A DNA stretch of 62,000 nucleotides from Lama guanicoe (taxonomy: Eukaryota): contig MU053482.1 in assembly GCA_013239625.1 (NCBI GenBank), positions 2,207,168-2,269,167 of the forward strand, written 5' to 3'. This document shows positions 26,040 to 39,419 of the stretch, in pieces. How positions within the stretch are numbered: the stretch's first letter is position 1; each line of letters begins with the position of its first letter. Below the pieces are notes generated by a model. That model was not told where the DNA came from. It worked only from the letters and a program-made list of their open reading frames with translations, and searched no databases. The translations under genes were made by a program, and so were the position numbers.

Positions 26040-27239
26040 CATAGTTCAAAATCTGAACCAGCGCTATTCCCTCGGTGAAACCCTGCCCGTATCCTTCTCG
26101 CCATCTTCCCACCAGTGACTGAGTTCAACCTTTCCTCCCAGTGCCACTCGCATGGCGGCATAAATCACACCACAGTGCGCTGACCTTGCATATGCCTTGC
26201 TTAGTGAGCTAGTAAGTTCCCTCGGGGTCAAGACTGTATGTCTGCGTGCAGCTGGGCCTACAGGGGCCCAATGAATATTTGTGGATCTGAAGTCGTTTCT
26301 CCTTCTGCTTCCTTATTAGTCTACTTCCACTAAAAACAATCCCACCTCTGCCTTGGCGGACGAGAGCAGAGGTGGTGCCGGCTCAGTGCTGTTCTCTCCC
26401 GGGTCTCCCACCCTAACTTCCCATTCTAGGATTTTACTTACTCTGACCCTTGACGAAGCCTTTCTTTTCTGGGTTCATGACCCTTAGGTTGCTAAAAGTT
26501 TACTTTTAAGATACAATTAGGAGTGACCTACAGCTGAGCATCTGGGACCCAGGTGAGTCCTCATAACCATTACTCCTCTTCCGTCTCTCACTTGGGAAGT
26601 CGTCCTTAATCCATCTCTTAAGGAGGAAGAACCCTGCTGGTCCCCTCCCACAGAGTCACACCCTTCCTAGGTCTCAACAGCCCTTCAGCCTTGGACCCGG
26701 AGTCCCCTCAGCTTAACAGGTAACTGCCTGCCTGCGCCCACCTGGGCCAGGCTGAGCCCGTCACACCAGGTAACTTAGGAGAGAGGCTGTCAGGTCGCAC
26801 ATCTAGGTCTAGGGTGTCAAGCACAACTGCAGACAGGACTCACTGTCAGGTTTTCAAAACGAGAGTGAGGCAATTATTCCAAAACATTAAGAAAAAGAAT
26901 CTGGCTGTACTGTGTAAGGATAATAGAAAACAAACAAAAAGCAGGACTGGGACTCCTATGACCTGGGCACAATCTCTTGATCTCTCACTACAGATTTTTT
27001 TTTTTTTGCTCAAATGAATCAGAAATGTTCCTCTATAATGTTACAGAATATGTTTTTAATGGTTATGTGAAATATTATAAAAATTTGAATATAGGTAGCC
27101 TTATTCACTAAAAACACTAAGTGAACAGAAGTTTACAAATTTTATATAAAAAGCAGACATAATTTGGAAAAAAAGGTTATTTTAGGTTTTTTATCAATAA
27201 AATTTAATTCCTACTTCACTTCTTACTACAAACTTAATT

Positions 27240-28990
27240 ATAGTTGAATTGTAAGAATTAGAATGATAAAAACACTAGGAAAAACATGAATGAATTATTT
27301 TTATAATTCTAATGAGTGAAGAAAAATTTTCAAAGCATGACACAAAATTCAACTCAAAAGTCATGAAGGGGGGAAAAAGTTATGAAGGAAAATATCATAC
27401 ATTTACCTACATAAAAATTTAAAACATGTGAAAGGCAAATAATTAGCACAAAGTCAAAAATTAAAATCAAACAAGCCAAGGGAAACAAAAACCAGCGACA
27501 CCTACGGCAAAGAGCTCTACTGTAGTATGTATGTAAAAGCTCTTACACATCCACAGGGAAAAATTATGACCAAATGGAAAAGTGAACAAAGTATTTGAAC
27601 AGAAAGTTCACATATGAATAAGCACAACTGCCAGTGAACATAAAAGGTATTCAATTTCACTAATAACTAAATTCTAAATAAAGCGACAGTAAGAAATCCT
27701 CTTTCACCTATCAGATTGGCAAAGACTAAAACACTCTATAACACCCATGTTGGCAAAGGTGTGGTGGAAACAGGCACCATAATATACTGTTGGTGAGAAC
27801 TAAATTGATGAAATCTCTTTGGAAAGCAATTTGGCAATATTTATTAACATTTTAAATGAGCATAACCTTTGATTAGCAAATCTGCCCTTCCAGGAATTTT
27901 GCCTAAGGTAATACAAGTTCTAGAGCAACTGGGAAAAGATAGCTGTCTGCTGCTATTTATTGAAGCACTGATAATAATAGGAAAAACTGGAAAGAACTCA
28001 AATGTCCTTCATTAGAGGCTTGGTTAAATAAATTATGATACATCTACCTCAAGAAACACAGCACTGCTGCTAAAACGTATTGACATGAACAATAGCCTAG
28101 GTAAATTACCAAGTGAGAAAATTTCAAGCATTTTTTACTATATTGAAATATATATAAAATTTGCCACTTTAAGCACTTTCAAGTTTAAAATTCAGTAGAT
28201 TAATTACACTCACAATGTTGTGCAACCATCACCACTATTTTCAAAACTCACGATCCCAGACACACTGTGACCATTAAGCAACAGGTCCCAGTTCTCCCCT
28301 CTCCCCAAGCTCCTGGTAACCTCTAATCCGACTTTCTGTCTCTGTGAATTTTGCCTATTATAGATATTTCATGTAAGTGGAATCATAAAATATTTGTCCT
28401 TTTATGCCTGATTTATTTCACTTAGCATGTTTTCAAGTTTCAGCCATGTTGTGTAAGAATTTCACACCTTTTATGGCTGAATAATATTCCATTGTATGTA
28501 CACACCACATTTTGTTTATTCATTCATCTGTGACTGAACACTTGAGTTATTTCCATCTTTTGGCTACAGTGAATTATGCTGTTATGAACACTGGTATAAA
28601 GGACCTGAGTCCCTGTTTTCCATTCTTTTGGGTTTATACCTAGGAGTGGAATTGCTGGGTCATATGGTAAGTTTTAGCTTTTTGAGAAACCAAAAGAATT
28701 CAATTCCATGACAACTGCACTATTTACATCCCCACCAGCAATATATAAGGGTTCTAAATTTCTCCACAATGTCACCAACACTTTCTATTTTCCAGTTTTT
28801 AATTAGAGTATAATCATTTTTATAAAAAATAAATGTATATACAAATGTAGAAAAAATTCATTGTTACCCAACTATTAACAATGATTACATTTCTGAGGTA
28901 TGTGTTTATAGGATACGTTCATAGTCTGACTTATGCATGTTTCCATTTTGTAAGAGTTTTTAGAACAAATGTATTGCTTTTGTTATCAAA
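27240..28990 (+). mobile_element. L1ME ORF2/3' region interrupted by an antisense L1
   Basis: TTTCACCTATCAGATTGGCAAAGA...TGTTGGCAAAGGTGTGG...GGTTAAATAAATTATGATACATC; resumes after ~28805. Confidence 0.75.
28130..28805 (-). mobile_element. L1MB-type 3' end nested in L1ME
   Basis: CACAATGTTGTGCAACCATCACCACTA; GGAATCATAAAATATTTGTCCTTTT; CCTAGGAGTGGAATTGCTGGGTCATATGGTAA. Confidence 0.85.
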
Positions 28991-30267
28991 AAAAAGCTTA
29001 AACAAAAATTAGCCTGAGACAGTTTCGTGCATGCTTGCTAATCTGAAATTGTAACACATCTCAGTTCTTATGCTATGAAAAGATCTGATTCCCAGTCCGA
29101 ACTCTGACACCTTTGAATGCTCAGTTTTCTCACCTCTCAACTCTTAATGCACCTAGGATTAGATCAGAGCTCTCAATCAGTATGCCAAGAATGGGTTACA
29201 GCTACACCCAAGAACGGGTGCAGACACTAACTCCTTCAACTCCTGGGACAGCACCAGGGTTCAGAGCTACCAGCAGCCTCCTCCTTTTATCCCAGTTTGC
29301 CTTACAAAAATCATCATTTTCTGTGTGTGCAGGGATATGAAAAAGGTTGAGCAGAAGTAAACCAGGTAACCTTTAATATCCCTTCCCCTACTGAGACAGA
29401 ATTCTGACTGTGCTGAACTAACAAGGGAAGCTAAGAAACGGAGAGCCTTAGGAAAAATCTAAGAGTAACTGATCATGCAGGAGAAATGAAGATCCACCCT
29501 CAAGGGCAGAAGCAAGCACAGACAAGGATTCAAGAAGTGAGAACTCCACGGAAGAGAGGGCAGCTTGTACTGACTAAGTCTAGTGTCTCACCTGAAGCCA
29601 CAGGTCCTGAAGTAGATGGCAAGGGGCAGGGCCTGGAGCCATGCTGTTCTGGGAGAACCACCCCAAAGTTACCTGCTTGGGCGCAAGACAAGTAGAAAAC
29701 TTGACCTCTGTGGGAAGAGGCACTGAGGCCTGGCTAAGTGAAAACCAAGTGGAATCCTCCCTTCCAGGTGTTCTTGGCACATCAGTTGCCAACTGTGGAC
29801 TTTGTCCTTGAAATTCAATTCCTGGGGTAAAGAGATAATCTCCCAGGCATGTAAACTTGGCTAATCAATGGAACACGCTTGAAGCTGAGCCTGCCTGCAG
29901 CCCCTGAAACAGTCCTGCCAACCAGAAGGCTGTGCTGAAGGGCCAGGGAGAGTTTATCCCGGCATAAAAGTCACCTATCCTAACAGAATCACGTGCCAGG
30001 GATGGGCATCTTCCAAAAAACCAGTCAACAGCTGTTTGGAGACAAGCACACAGCTGGAAACCTCAAGTGGAAGTAGCAGGGATACTGTGAGAAGACCCCT
30101 AGGCCTGAGGGCACGAACCTGGACCAGGCTTTGCTGATGTTACGGGGTAAGCCCCCCAAGAGATTCTAAAGTGCAGACATGAAGTTCTAAGTTAACGAAG
30201 GAAGGCACACCAGTTAACATCTGGCCCTCACACCCTTACGTGAATCTCAGCTGTTGAGCCTGTTAAG

Positions 30268-30407
30268 CCATGGTTCCCAATCAGCAGCAGCAAGCAACTT
30301 AGAAACTTGTAAAAAACGCAAACTCTCAGGCCCCACTTCCGACCTAGTGGACTGGAAAACAAGCTTTCCTGGTGAGTTTGGGGCAGGCTCAAGTCTGAAA
30401 CCCACTG
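30268..30407 (+). mobile_element. MER5A-like hAT MITE
   Basis: TGGTTCCCAA...GAAACTTGTAAAAAACGCAAACTCTCAGGCCCCAC...AAGTCTGAAACCCACTG. Confidence 0.7.
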
Positions 30408-31679
30408 CTCTATGGCCCTAGAGAGCTCAAGACTGGAGTTCAGCCCTCCCTCCCCACCCCTCGACTTCCCTTATAGTCTGCTTTAAATGAATTTTGAGGG
30501 ACTAGAATATTACTTCTCTGGTTACACTCGGTAAGACAGACACGTTTCTTCCTCCAGCTCTGTCTTCCACATGGTCTTACAGGTTTCTTTTTTACTGACT
30601 AAATCCAATTGTGTTCCATTCCTGCTTTCAGAAGAACAACAATTGCACAATTCCTAGAGGGGTCAAACACTTCAAACACTGACCTCAACCAGTCTTTCCA
30701 GCCCCATCCCCCTGCTCATCTGGGTGTCTCTGCTCACGGTAGGTGACCGCGGGCTCAGTGAACTGGTGCTGGAGATAAAAGCACCCTCAAAAAGAGTGCT
30801 TCCTAACTACAGATCTTTTTCCTTCAGAGACAAAGAGTTACTAAAACAGGGACAGGGGAGACAGGAAAGCTGAATCCCATTACTTACAAAAAAATTCCTC
30901 TGTGTGTCAGGAATCTATGTTAAATCTGAAATTCAACGCATCTTGCTCTGCCCTTCACAAACTAGTCTATCTAGCCTGCTGACTAGGCTGAACACAGGTC
31001 TCATGAACGCTGAGGACTGAAGGTTTATAAACACCCCATACACTGCTCTTTCAGAAGAATCCTGACCCTTGATTTACAGAATCCAAACAGGAACGGTCCC
31101 TCAAAAAAGAAGTATCCACCAATAGAAAGTAGTCAATGTTCAATTTCCAGCAAGTGGAAGTTGTGGCCTGATAAATTTCTTTCTTCAAACATTTCCAATA
31201 AACTTGGAGACTCTAAAAGAAACCTGTAAACTAGAAAATAAGTTTACTTACAAGTGGTAGTTTACTAACAAACTACCAAAAACAAACTCCATCTTCTTAC
31301 TACAAAATAGGAGGAAATCGTAATGTAAGACATCTAATTAAACTCTTGTCGAGTATTGATGAGTAAGACCATCACTCCTCCTACCCAGAAAAGAAGAGGT
31401 GATTCAGAATATCTGTTTCCAAGTCTTGCCACACATCCTGTTCTCCCCAGTTTTTGATATGGATTGGTATTCCCAATATTTAACCAGGTACCTTTCAGAA
31501 AAAGACGAAAAAAACTAATTCAACTCCACAAACATCCAAAAGCTATCCTAGCTTCCAATGGATAGACAAGAGAACATGATGGTAAACACCACATAACAAT
31601 TCAGGGGGAAAAATGCTCATTAACTAGGTAATGAAGAGGCACATCAACCAGAGGAGGGACTGAGAAAGAGCACATCCTC

Positions 31680-31850
31680 CGGAATCATACACACTTAGAT
31701 TTGGATTTTAAGTAAGTTAGCTGCTCTGAGTTCCTCACCTGTAGACATCAGAACATCAACACATTTACACAGAGAATTTGCTAAAATGATGTAACTGGAA
31801 ACACCCAGTACAACACAACGCCTGGAATAGAGCTAGCATTCTATTAATTA
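31680..31850 (+). mobile_element. MIR SINE fragment
   Basis: TAAGTTAGCTGCTCTGAGTTCCTCACCTGTA...ACAACGCCTGGAATAGAG. Confidence 0.45.
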
Positions 31851-32039
31851 TGTACCACAAATCTAAAATCTACAGGAATTTTTAAAAACACATATTGCTT
31901 GATGCCAAGAACTGTGCAGAACTGAACTGTATTTATCCAGCTTTCTTTTGCTAATTAGCTACGTGCCTCTTCGCACTGCAGATCCTTTCTATTTCCCCAT
32001 ATTTTTTTTCAGGATTCTTCTTAATCAAATTCAGTGTCT

Positions 32040-32645
32040 TTCTCAGCCAACCATCCCTCTCAAATTGTACCACCTTACCCCTCGTCATGCCACAGACCTA
32101 GAACATGTATCCCTCACACTGGTTTTCCAAAGTCCTTACCATGGCAAACGGCTCTACCTGAACTAGCCCCACCATTTCATACCCCTACAACCACTGGCTC
32201 CCTATATGCTAGGAATGATGACTTTCTTTCTGTCCTTTCAACATGCCAAGCTCTCCCCTGCCTCGTGGGCTTTGCCTTGCTGTTCCCTCTTCCAGGAATG
32301 TGCTTTCCCCAGATCTGCACATCCACAGCTTCTTCTCATCCTTGACCTTACAGCTCAAATGTCATCTTCTCAGAGAGGTCTTCACTAACTTCTCTTTTGA
32401 AAATAGCTATCAAGTTCCTGTTTCTCTCTCTTTTACTTCACCATCATTTCCCTCATAGCACACATCACTATCTTTAACTCATTCACTTATTTGTTTGCTT
32501 GTTTACTGACTGCTCCCCACTACCCTTGAAGCTCCGTGACACAAGGACTTTGCTGTCTTAGGTACCTCTCCATCCCCAGCGCAGAGAATGGTGCCTAGAA
32601 CAGAAATGGATACTCAGTCAAGGTGTACTGAATGAATACATAAAT
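32040..32645 (+). mobile_element. LINE2 3' fragment
   Basis: CAGCTCAAATGTCATCTTCTCAGAGAGGTCTTC; AGAATGGTGCCTAGAACAG...TGAATGAAT. Confidence 0.75.
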
Positions 32646-32926
32646 AAAAACTGTTTCTAAACAAGAGAGGCAAAGTTGGACACCCCTCTAACCCCAACCC
32701 TGCTGCCTCTTTCTCCAGGCTAATTGGTGGCAGCAGAAGATGGGGTCTCAGAGAAAGACTGTACACTAAAAAGAGCAAAGGCTGAAGAGAAATAAACCCC
32801 TGGGGGAACACAAACAGATAAAATCATCCCAGCTCCCCAACTGACACTGACTGCTGTCAGGGGCTGGGATGGCGCCCAAATGCTGCAGTCTCCACAGCTT
32901 TCCTTACTTCCTCACTAACTTTTCTT

Positions 32927-33062
32927 TTCTTTTTTTCTTTGGTGGGGGAGGTAATTAGGTTTATTTATTTCTTTATTTTTTTAGAGGAGGTACTGAGGAT
33001 TGAACCCAGGACCTCCTGCATGCTAAGCATGTGGTCTACCACTTGAGCTACACTCTTCCCCC
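32927..33062 (-). mobile_element. tRNA-derived SINE (camelid Vic-1-like)
   Basis: Reverse-complement homologue of the 5163 SINE; perfect TSD AACTTTTCTT at 32917-32926 and 33066-33075. Confidence 0.9.
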
Positions 33063-34630
33063 TCCAACTTTTCTTATTGTGGTAAAATATACATAACTCC
33101 ATGGTTTTCTCCTCCAGTTACTATAGCTTCCCAGGGCTCAAGTTCTTCCAGCAAAGCTATGTAGACATCGACCTTGGGTACTTTTCAGGTATAAAGAAAT
33201 CTGGATGGCATTGCTTTTGAAACCTACCTGGGTTTACCAAACAGTTGTGGATTTTGAAATGGGAAAGGGGGGGGGGAGCTTTTCTATTTCCCTTTAATGA
33301 GATTTAAATATAACAAAATTTTCCAGTTGTTCTTCATTGTTTTCTTTTTAACTTGATTCCTGACACTTCCCTTTGGGCACTTACTCAGAGTTAATAAAAC
33401 CCACTGCCCTCCTTCCCATCAGTGTCCTCACAGCTGGCTCTCCCAGCACAGTTGAGCAGTAACCCAATCCTGAGCAGCAGTGATGACTCAAACCCAGAGA
33501 GGCTGGGACCCAGAGAGGACGGCGCTGCCCATTCCATTTCAAAAACAGCAGTGTATCTGGCGTTTCCATTTATGTCTGAAACCAAACGGGTTGAGTAAAT
33601 CGGGGGCTAGAGGGAGGCAAAGAAAATAAGAAACTTCAGTGCTCTCTTTCTAGATTCTAAGTCCCAGTTCTCTGAACACAGCCTCTGAGTTGGTAAGTCA
33701 CAGGCTGCAAACCAAGGTCACAGCCATTGCCAAGTTCACCTTAGCTATCCCAGGTATTCTCCTTTTGAATTCAAATACCACACTTCTTTATAGTTGTCAG
33801 GGTCAGTCAGGTTCTTTAATTTCCCTTCCCTACTTGCACCCATTTGCCAAGTGACAAAGGATATGCACAAATGGGTCTAACCACCTCTACAAATGAGGAT
33901 AGAGCCCCATGTGTGGTTTCCACACCCTGTGGTCTTCACCTCTTTTAATTACTCCTTCAGAACACAGGGTAGGTCAAAAGTGGCTAATACACTAAGCGAG
34001 GTGGGGGAGCCTGGTATAACTCTGTGCCAAGGAAACCCATCTCCAGCAAGGAGTGTCAGGCATAGTTTTAGTAGCTGAAAGTGCCACCAAGAGCTTCTCC
34101 TGACTGTACAGGGAGCTGCTGTGGGGTCTGGGCTCCTGCCTGTGGGAGCCTACAGAAGTAAAACCGCAGAAGAAAGAAAACGTTTGACCATAATCTGCAG
34201 AGTTTGGTCTTCTAAAGCAAGAGGAACCTTAAATTATAAACAGCCTCACTCAAAAGGAAAATTTGTGAAGCACCTACTCCCAGGAACTCCCCATTCCGCC
34301 TGAGGCCTGCCTGGGTTCAGCAGGCCCATAAATTGGCACTGTTGATATGACCTTCCCAGGCTCTATTTCAACAAGAGATAACAGCAAAGCTGAGAGCTTG
34401 GGTAGCACTCAAAGGAGATTTGAGGGACTTAAAACACACTGCTAAATTTGGCAGCAAATGTTCCTGCTTCTTGCAGTTGAAAAGGAAATCTCTTTATAAT
34501 TACACTTGTAGATAAGATGCACCAAGCTACTTGTGCTACTCGTTCTCGTGAGGAACAAGTTAGAACCTCCTCGTCCCAACCCACCGCTCCTGAGACTGGC
34601 CTCCGTGTTCACTGCTGAGGCAAGTCTCAC

Positions 34631-34830
34631 CTGGGGCTGGGGAGGCAGCATGTCTCTTGGAAGACAAAGTGCCAGGAGCTTCTTACACAGCGCGCTATCT
34701 GAGCCACAACCATCTGCCCGATGCAGATACTGGCTGCTAGTCGGGACCTAGCTCCTCTGCTCCTGCGTGCATGCGCTCCCTCAGCCCGCTTCCCATCTCG
34801 CTCTCGCACACAGGGCTCGGCCACATAGCA
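34631..34830 (-). other. Candidate alternative first exon/promoter
   Basis: Donor CCCCAG|GTGAGA (exon end 34631); local CpG cluster; NRF1-like GTGCATGCGC at 34767-34776; ATGs at 34713 and 34651 both open to the donor. Confidence 0.45.
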
Positions 34831-35067
34831 CTCATCACTCGTCAGAGAGGATCTTTTCAGCCTAGAATCCCCTCTGGTTTACATAGTTCCTTACACAAGA
34901 AGGTACAGAGCTATGATCCATGTACTGACAGGGGACTGCCCTACTGATACTAGATATCTGTCCAAGACACAGAGGAAGGGGACAGCGCCTGACATTTCTC
35001 AGCAGAACAAGCCAGACAGACTAGCCACTCAGAAACACACTCCGCTTGGCTTACAAGGGAATCATAA

Positions 35068-36960
35068 ATATAACAATAATTGTTCACACTTCATAAGCAC
35101 CAAATACGAGGTACTATTCTCAGCACTTGACATTTACGCCTCACTCCAACCCTAGGAAACAGGACTGCCACCACCTCCACTTTACAGAAGAGGAACCGGA
35201 GCATGGAAGGCTAAATCACTTACCCACGGCTACAGAGCTGAGAAGTGGCAGAGCCAGAATGCGAACCCCGACAGCCTGACCCCCAGAGCCCAGGCTCTAA
35301 ACTTCATTCTTCCGTTGGATGGCTCTTCCCCTAACACTCAGGCCTGTCTTTGAGCACAACTGGCTCACTGCGAGCTCAAAAGGAGGGAGGGTCAGTTGGA
35401 CAACACTGCCAGCTCTTTCACTGAGAGAAGGAAGCAGTGATGGCAGTGTTTATTCACAGAGCAGGTCTAAGTCTATATAGCAGAACAAATGAGTACCCCA
35501 AACATCTGTCAACCAAAATTTCCCCAGAGGCACCAAGTGAAACCAGCCACCTCCTTTCCTACTGACCTGGGAGACCTTCTAGCTTACTGAGGGCTACAGT
35601 CTCTTTGCAGGTTGTTGCAACTAGGCCCTATGCAGCTGAGATCAAATTCCCAGTCTCCAATTTACGAGAACCAAGCCAAAATGCTTCCTAGAATCCAGCT
35701 GATGGGGTTTAAAAAAATTATTCAAATATTTTTTTAAGCATAAACTATATATCTTAGTCAATTTGAGAAAATAAAATTATCAGATATTATCCTTAATTTC
35801 ATAGAACCTCAGGGAATCTAGTTGGAAATACAAGATATACATCTCAAGAGTCAAGTGAGAATGTCAATGAAAACACCCAGTCCAAACCTCCAACTTCCTA
35901 GAAGAGGAAACTGAAGCCCAGAGAAGCCAAGTTACTTCCCCAAGGTCACCCAGCAAGTCAAGTGAGAGCCAGGACTAAAGCTTGGATCTGCTTACTACCT
36001 GGCCAGGGTCCTTTCCACTGCTGAATGCAGGCAGAGACATTCACGGGAGGGAGAGATCTCTAAGAACAGCAGCAGCAAACATTTATTGAGAGCATATGCG
36101 TGCCAGAAACTAAGCTAAGTGCTTTATATAAATTAACTCATCTAATCCTGGCAACAAATCTTTGAGATGGATAACATTACTCCCAATTTACAGATGAAGA
36201 CACGAAGGTTTACAGAGGTTAACTCTCCAGAGGTCCATAGACAGTAAGAGGAAGAGCCAGACTGCAAGCCACCAGAGCCGGCCATAAAGCCTGTGCTCCA
36301 AGCTGGGACTCGAAGGACACAGAATTAAAATTCACGGAAGCGGAGGTCAGACATGCTGGGATGGCCTGTGAGCAGCTTGGTAAGGGCCTCCCACGCTGGG
36401 TTAGGGAGGACCTCAGGGATCCTGCTGGGCTGGCCCACAGGAAAGAGGCAGGCAAGAGGCAGTTCTAAACTCCCGTGACTGGGACGGGTAAGGATCCTGC
36501 AGGAGGATGAAGCTGAGCCTGTGAGGCTGGGCTGGGAAGGACCGCCTCAGAGACTCTCCTGGAGTCTTGACAGAAAGATGAATAAAATGCAAAGCATACA
36601 CTCCTTCTAAAAGAAGAATCTGATTTGACTTTCTGGCCATAGAAACCCTAACCTGAGTAAGAGACGCCAGCCTTACTCTCCTCAAAGTCCTGCTCTAAGT
36701 TGATAATAATAATGGAAAGCACTGAACACTTCCTGTGTGCCAGGTACCAGGCTGAGAGCTTTGTGTGTTACCATTTCATTCAATCCTCACCACAATTCTA
36801 ACAAGTTAAGTACTACCATTATATCCATTTTACAGATGCCTCATAGAAAACTGAGGCTCAGAGATTAGTTACCTAGGTCACACAGCTAATAAGCAGTAAT
36901 GTCGGTTCTAAATCCAGGCTTATAATAAGACCCCTGAGGTCCAGCTATTAACCACTTCTC
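35068..36960 (-). mobile_element. Cluster of four MIRs (~35068-35302, 35860-36020, 36070-36300, 36702-36960)
   Basis: Each has the reverse-oriented MIR core (CCATTTTACAGATG...GAAACTGAGGCTCAGAGA-like). Confidence 0.75.
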
Positions 36961-38379
36961 CACACTGCATGCAAGATCCTCTCATATTATGTGCAAATAG
37001 TTCCATCACAGCTGCTCTAAGGCAGCCCCATACACTCACTGAGTATCTAACAGTCACTAAGGGTTGAACAAACACATTACAGGTTAACTCACTTAAAAGC
37101 AAACTATAAAACTCAACTGTCAGAACTCCATAAGGGAGCCTGCGTTCCAAGACACAAGTGAGCACACCAAAATCCAGTTCCTCGAACAAAGCTCAGGAGT
37201 TCTAGAAACTAGCTGACTTTATAGTTTTCTTTCCAATTTTCCCATTTCCCTTTCCTATTCCACTCTCCCCACACACACCCCCTACCCCCAACGTCTGACA
37301 CTCTCAGAGAAGCTTCAGCCCAAGCCTCGAACCCTCGCCCTGCTCCTATTTCCAGTCCGTCAGCTGGCTCTCTTCCATCATTCAAATAGGGCTACAAATC
37401 AGAGTCTAAGAGTTGGACCCTCCTTCTTTTTCCCAGCCTAAAGCGTGAGATGGTCATTAACCCTACCCTCAAAACCTGAAACGTTAGTAGGTCTAGGTTT
37501 CTACTCAGTCACACACATAGAGGCTCACACTGGGGAGGAAATAACTGTGACACAACATTTAATACAGCTCACATGGGACAACTTACATGTTCATACTTTT
37601 TTTTAGATCCTCCCCACCTCCTGGCCCAGATCCTCTGTATTCACTGATTAATGGGTAAACAGACTAAGAGGACATATGGGCACCAGAGACACCTCCAAGC
37701 CTAAGAGCAAATGAACAGGGGTCTCAAACCCAGTGCCAGCCACCCCCACCCACCCCTGCCCTCCCAAGGCTTGTTAGGCCCTCTACAACATTGTCTTCTT
37801 GAGTACCCTGGGGACAGGCCAGCCTGCTAAACCATGGAGGCCTCCTAGGGCAGCCCAGGTTCCCCCTATTTCACCCCTGCTGTCCCTGAGAACCACCTTC
37901 TCCCCAGTCCCCTTGTCCAGGGCCTCTCTCCTGTCTCCTTCTAGTAGTCTCCCTACTACTTCAGATCTTATCTCCCCCAACCCTGTTTATCTTACTCTCC
38001 CCAGGTTCGAACAGTCCTTCATTCACTGTGATGCTTCCTGTTAGTCAATCTCCAGCTCACACGCAAACACCTTCAGTGACAAGTCACACAGAAGAAGAGT
38101 CAGGATCTCTGAGAAACAGGTAGTTTCATGACAAACCCTTAGGAATAGGTCAGCTTTGGTTAAAAAGGCTTCGTATCCTGATTACATCTAATTCACCCTT
38201 TATAGAGACAGTGCAATCTAACATTCAGGCAGTTTTTAGATGAGAAAGAAGAGTATAGTGATCATTTCAGCAGCCCCTCAACAACAGTATTACCAGAGCC
38301 AAAAAAAACAAGAGAAGGATCTTTGGAGAAATCCTTCAATAAGGTAGTCTAGACTCGTATGACATCCTCCTCTTCCCTC

Positions 38380-38380
<1 letters not shown>

Positions 38381-38411
<31 letters not shown>
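38381..38411 (+). repeat. (AC)15 microsatellite
   Basis: Direct reading. Confidence 0.95.
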
Positions 38412-38413
<2 letters not shown>

Positions 38414-39361
38414 CACATTTTCTAGGGCCTACTGCTGGAAACAGAGACCCTAGGATTTTTTTCTATCAGACAATATCACGTGGCATGTCCCCCTAAGAAA
38501 GATGTACCCAGCATTTCACCCTACCCTCCTAGTGGGACAGGTGCACATAGCACCTCCTCCCCAGCATAAAATAGACCTGCAGAGTCTCCCTCCCCACCCC
38601 CAGAAGCAGCCACTCATTAATTCAAGTTTTCCCACAGAAAGAGAAATCTCTGCAGACCATGCCAGATGGTCATTTTTTTCTTTCACGCCCTCCCAGCCCC
38701 TTCTACACTTCCCATGGTTCTTCTAACTCAAAGAACTCAATTATCTGCCAGCAGGCTTCCCCCCCCTCCCCACGGCCTGCTCTCCCAAGTGAAGGTGGTG
38801 GCGCAGAAGGGAGGAAAGCCAAAGCCCTGCAGGGCTGCTGCCTGGCCTCCTGCAGGCTCCACACACATTCCCTTTGCGTGGCTAGCTCGGCTAACTCTCT
38901 TGGGCCCAACACTGGAAATCAGGAGTCTCCAGGGCAGTGACAGGTAACAGCTAAGAAAAGCAACAGGAGGACATTCTCAGCCTCTCAGTCTCAGGGAGAT
39001 GCTCTGGAAGGCCCAGGACTCAGACCCTCCCACCTCCCTCAGGTGCCCAGCAGACATCCCACCCTGGAAGTAGCTCTCAGTGTCAGACCAGGTGGGGAAT
39101 GAAGCACAGCCTCTCTTAATTCCAGGCCAGCAGTGTGGCCATGATACCTGGGCCTGGGGTGCCCCTCCAAGTCGTATACCCAAGCCCTTTATTCCAGAGA
39201 CAGCAGCAGAGCCAGCAGAAGTGAGGATGGCCCTGGCCTGTCCTACAAGGTATTTCAGTCTCAACCTCCCTGGGTAAATGATCATTCTAATTTTAGAGAG
39301 GGAGTCCAGGGGGAGAGTGCGCAGGAAGAGAAGCAGAGGAGAGGGAGAGAGGGAGTGAGAA

Positions 39362-39419
39362 CAGGAATGTTACTTTTTAATCCTTAAGGAACATGGAGAG
39401 ATCCAATTGGTGACTCAGC
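39362..39419. promoter_or_regulatory. Candidate TEAD + AP-1/ARE composite enhancer
   Basis: CAGGAATGT (39362-39370) and GTGACTCAGC (39410-39419) within 60 bp in unique sequence. Confidence 0.35.

Larger units (their letters stand above)
24455..26290 (+). mobile_element. LINE2 interrupted by Charlie and MLT1 elements
   Basis: CTAAAACTGAACTCATCATTTCC, TCACTCCTGTGCTCAAA, CTTTGCACATGCTAATTCCTCTACCTGGAATGCCC, 3' CAATGAATATTTG. Confidence 0.65.
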
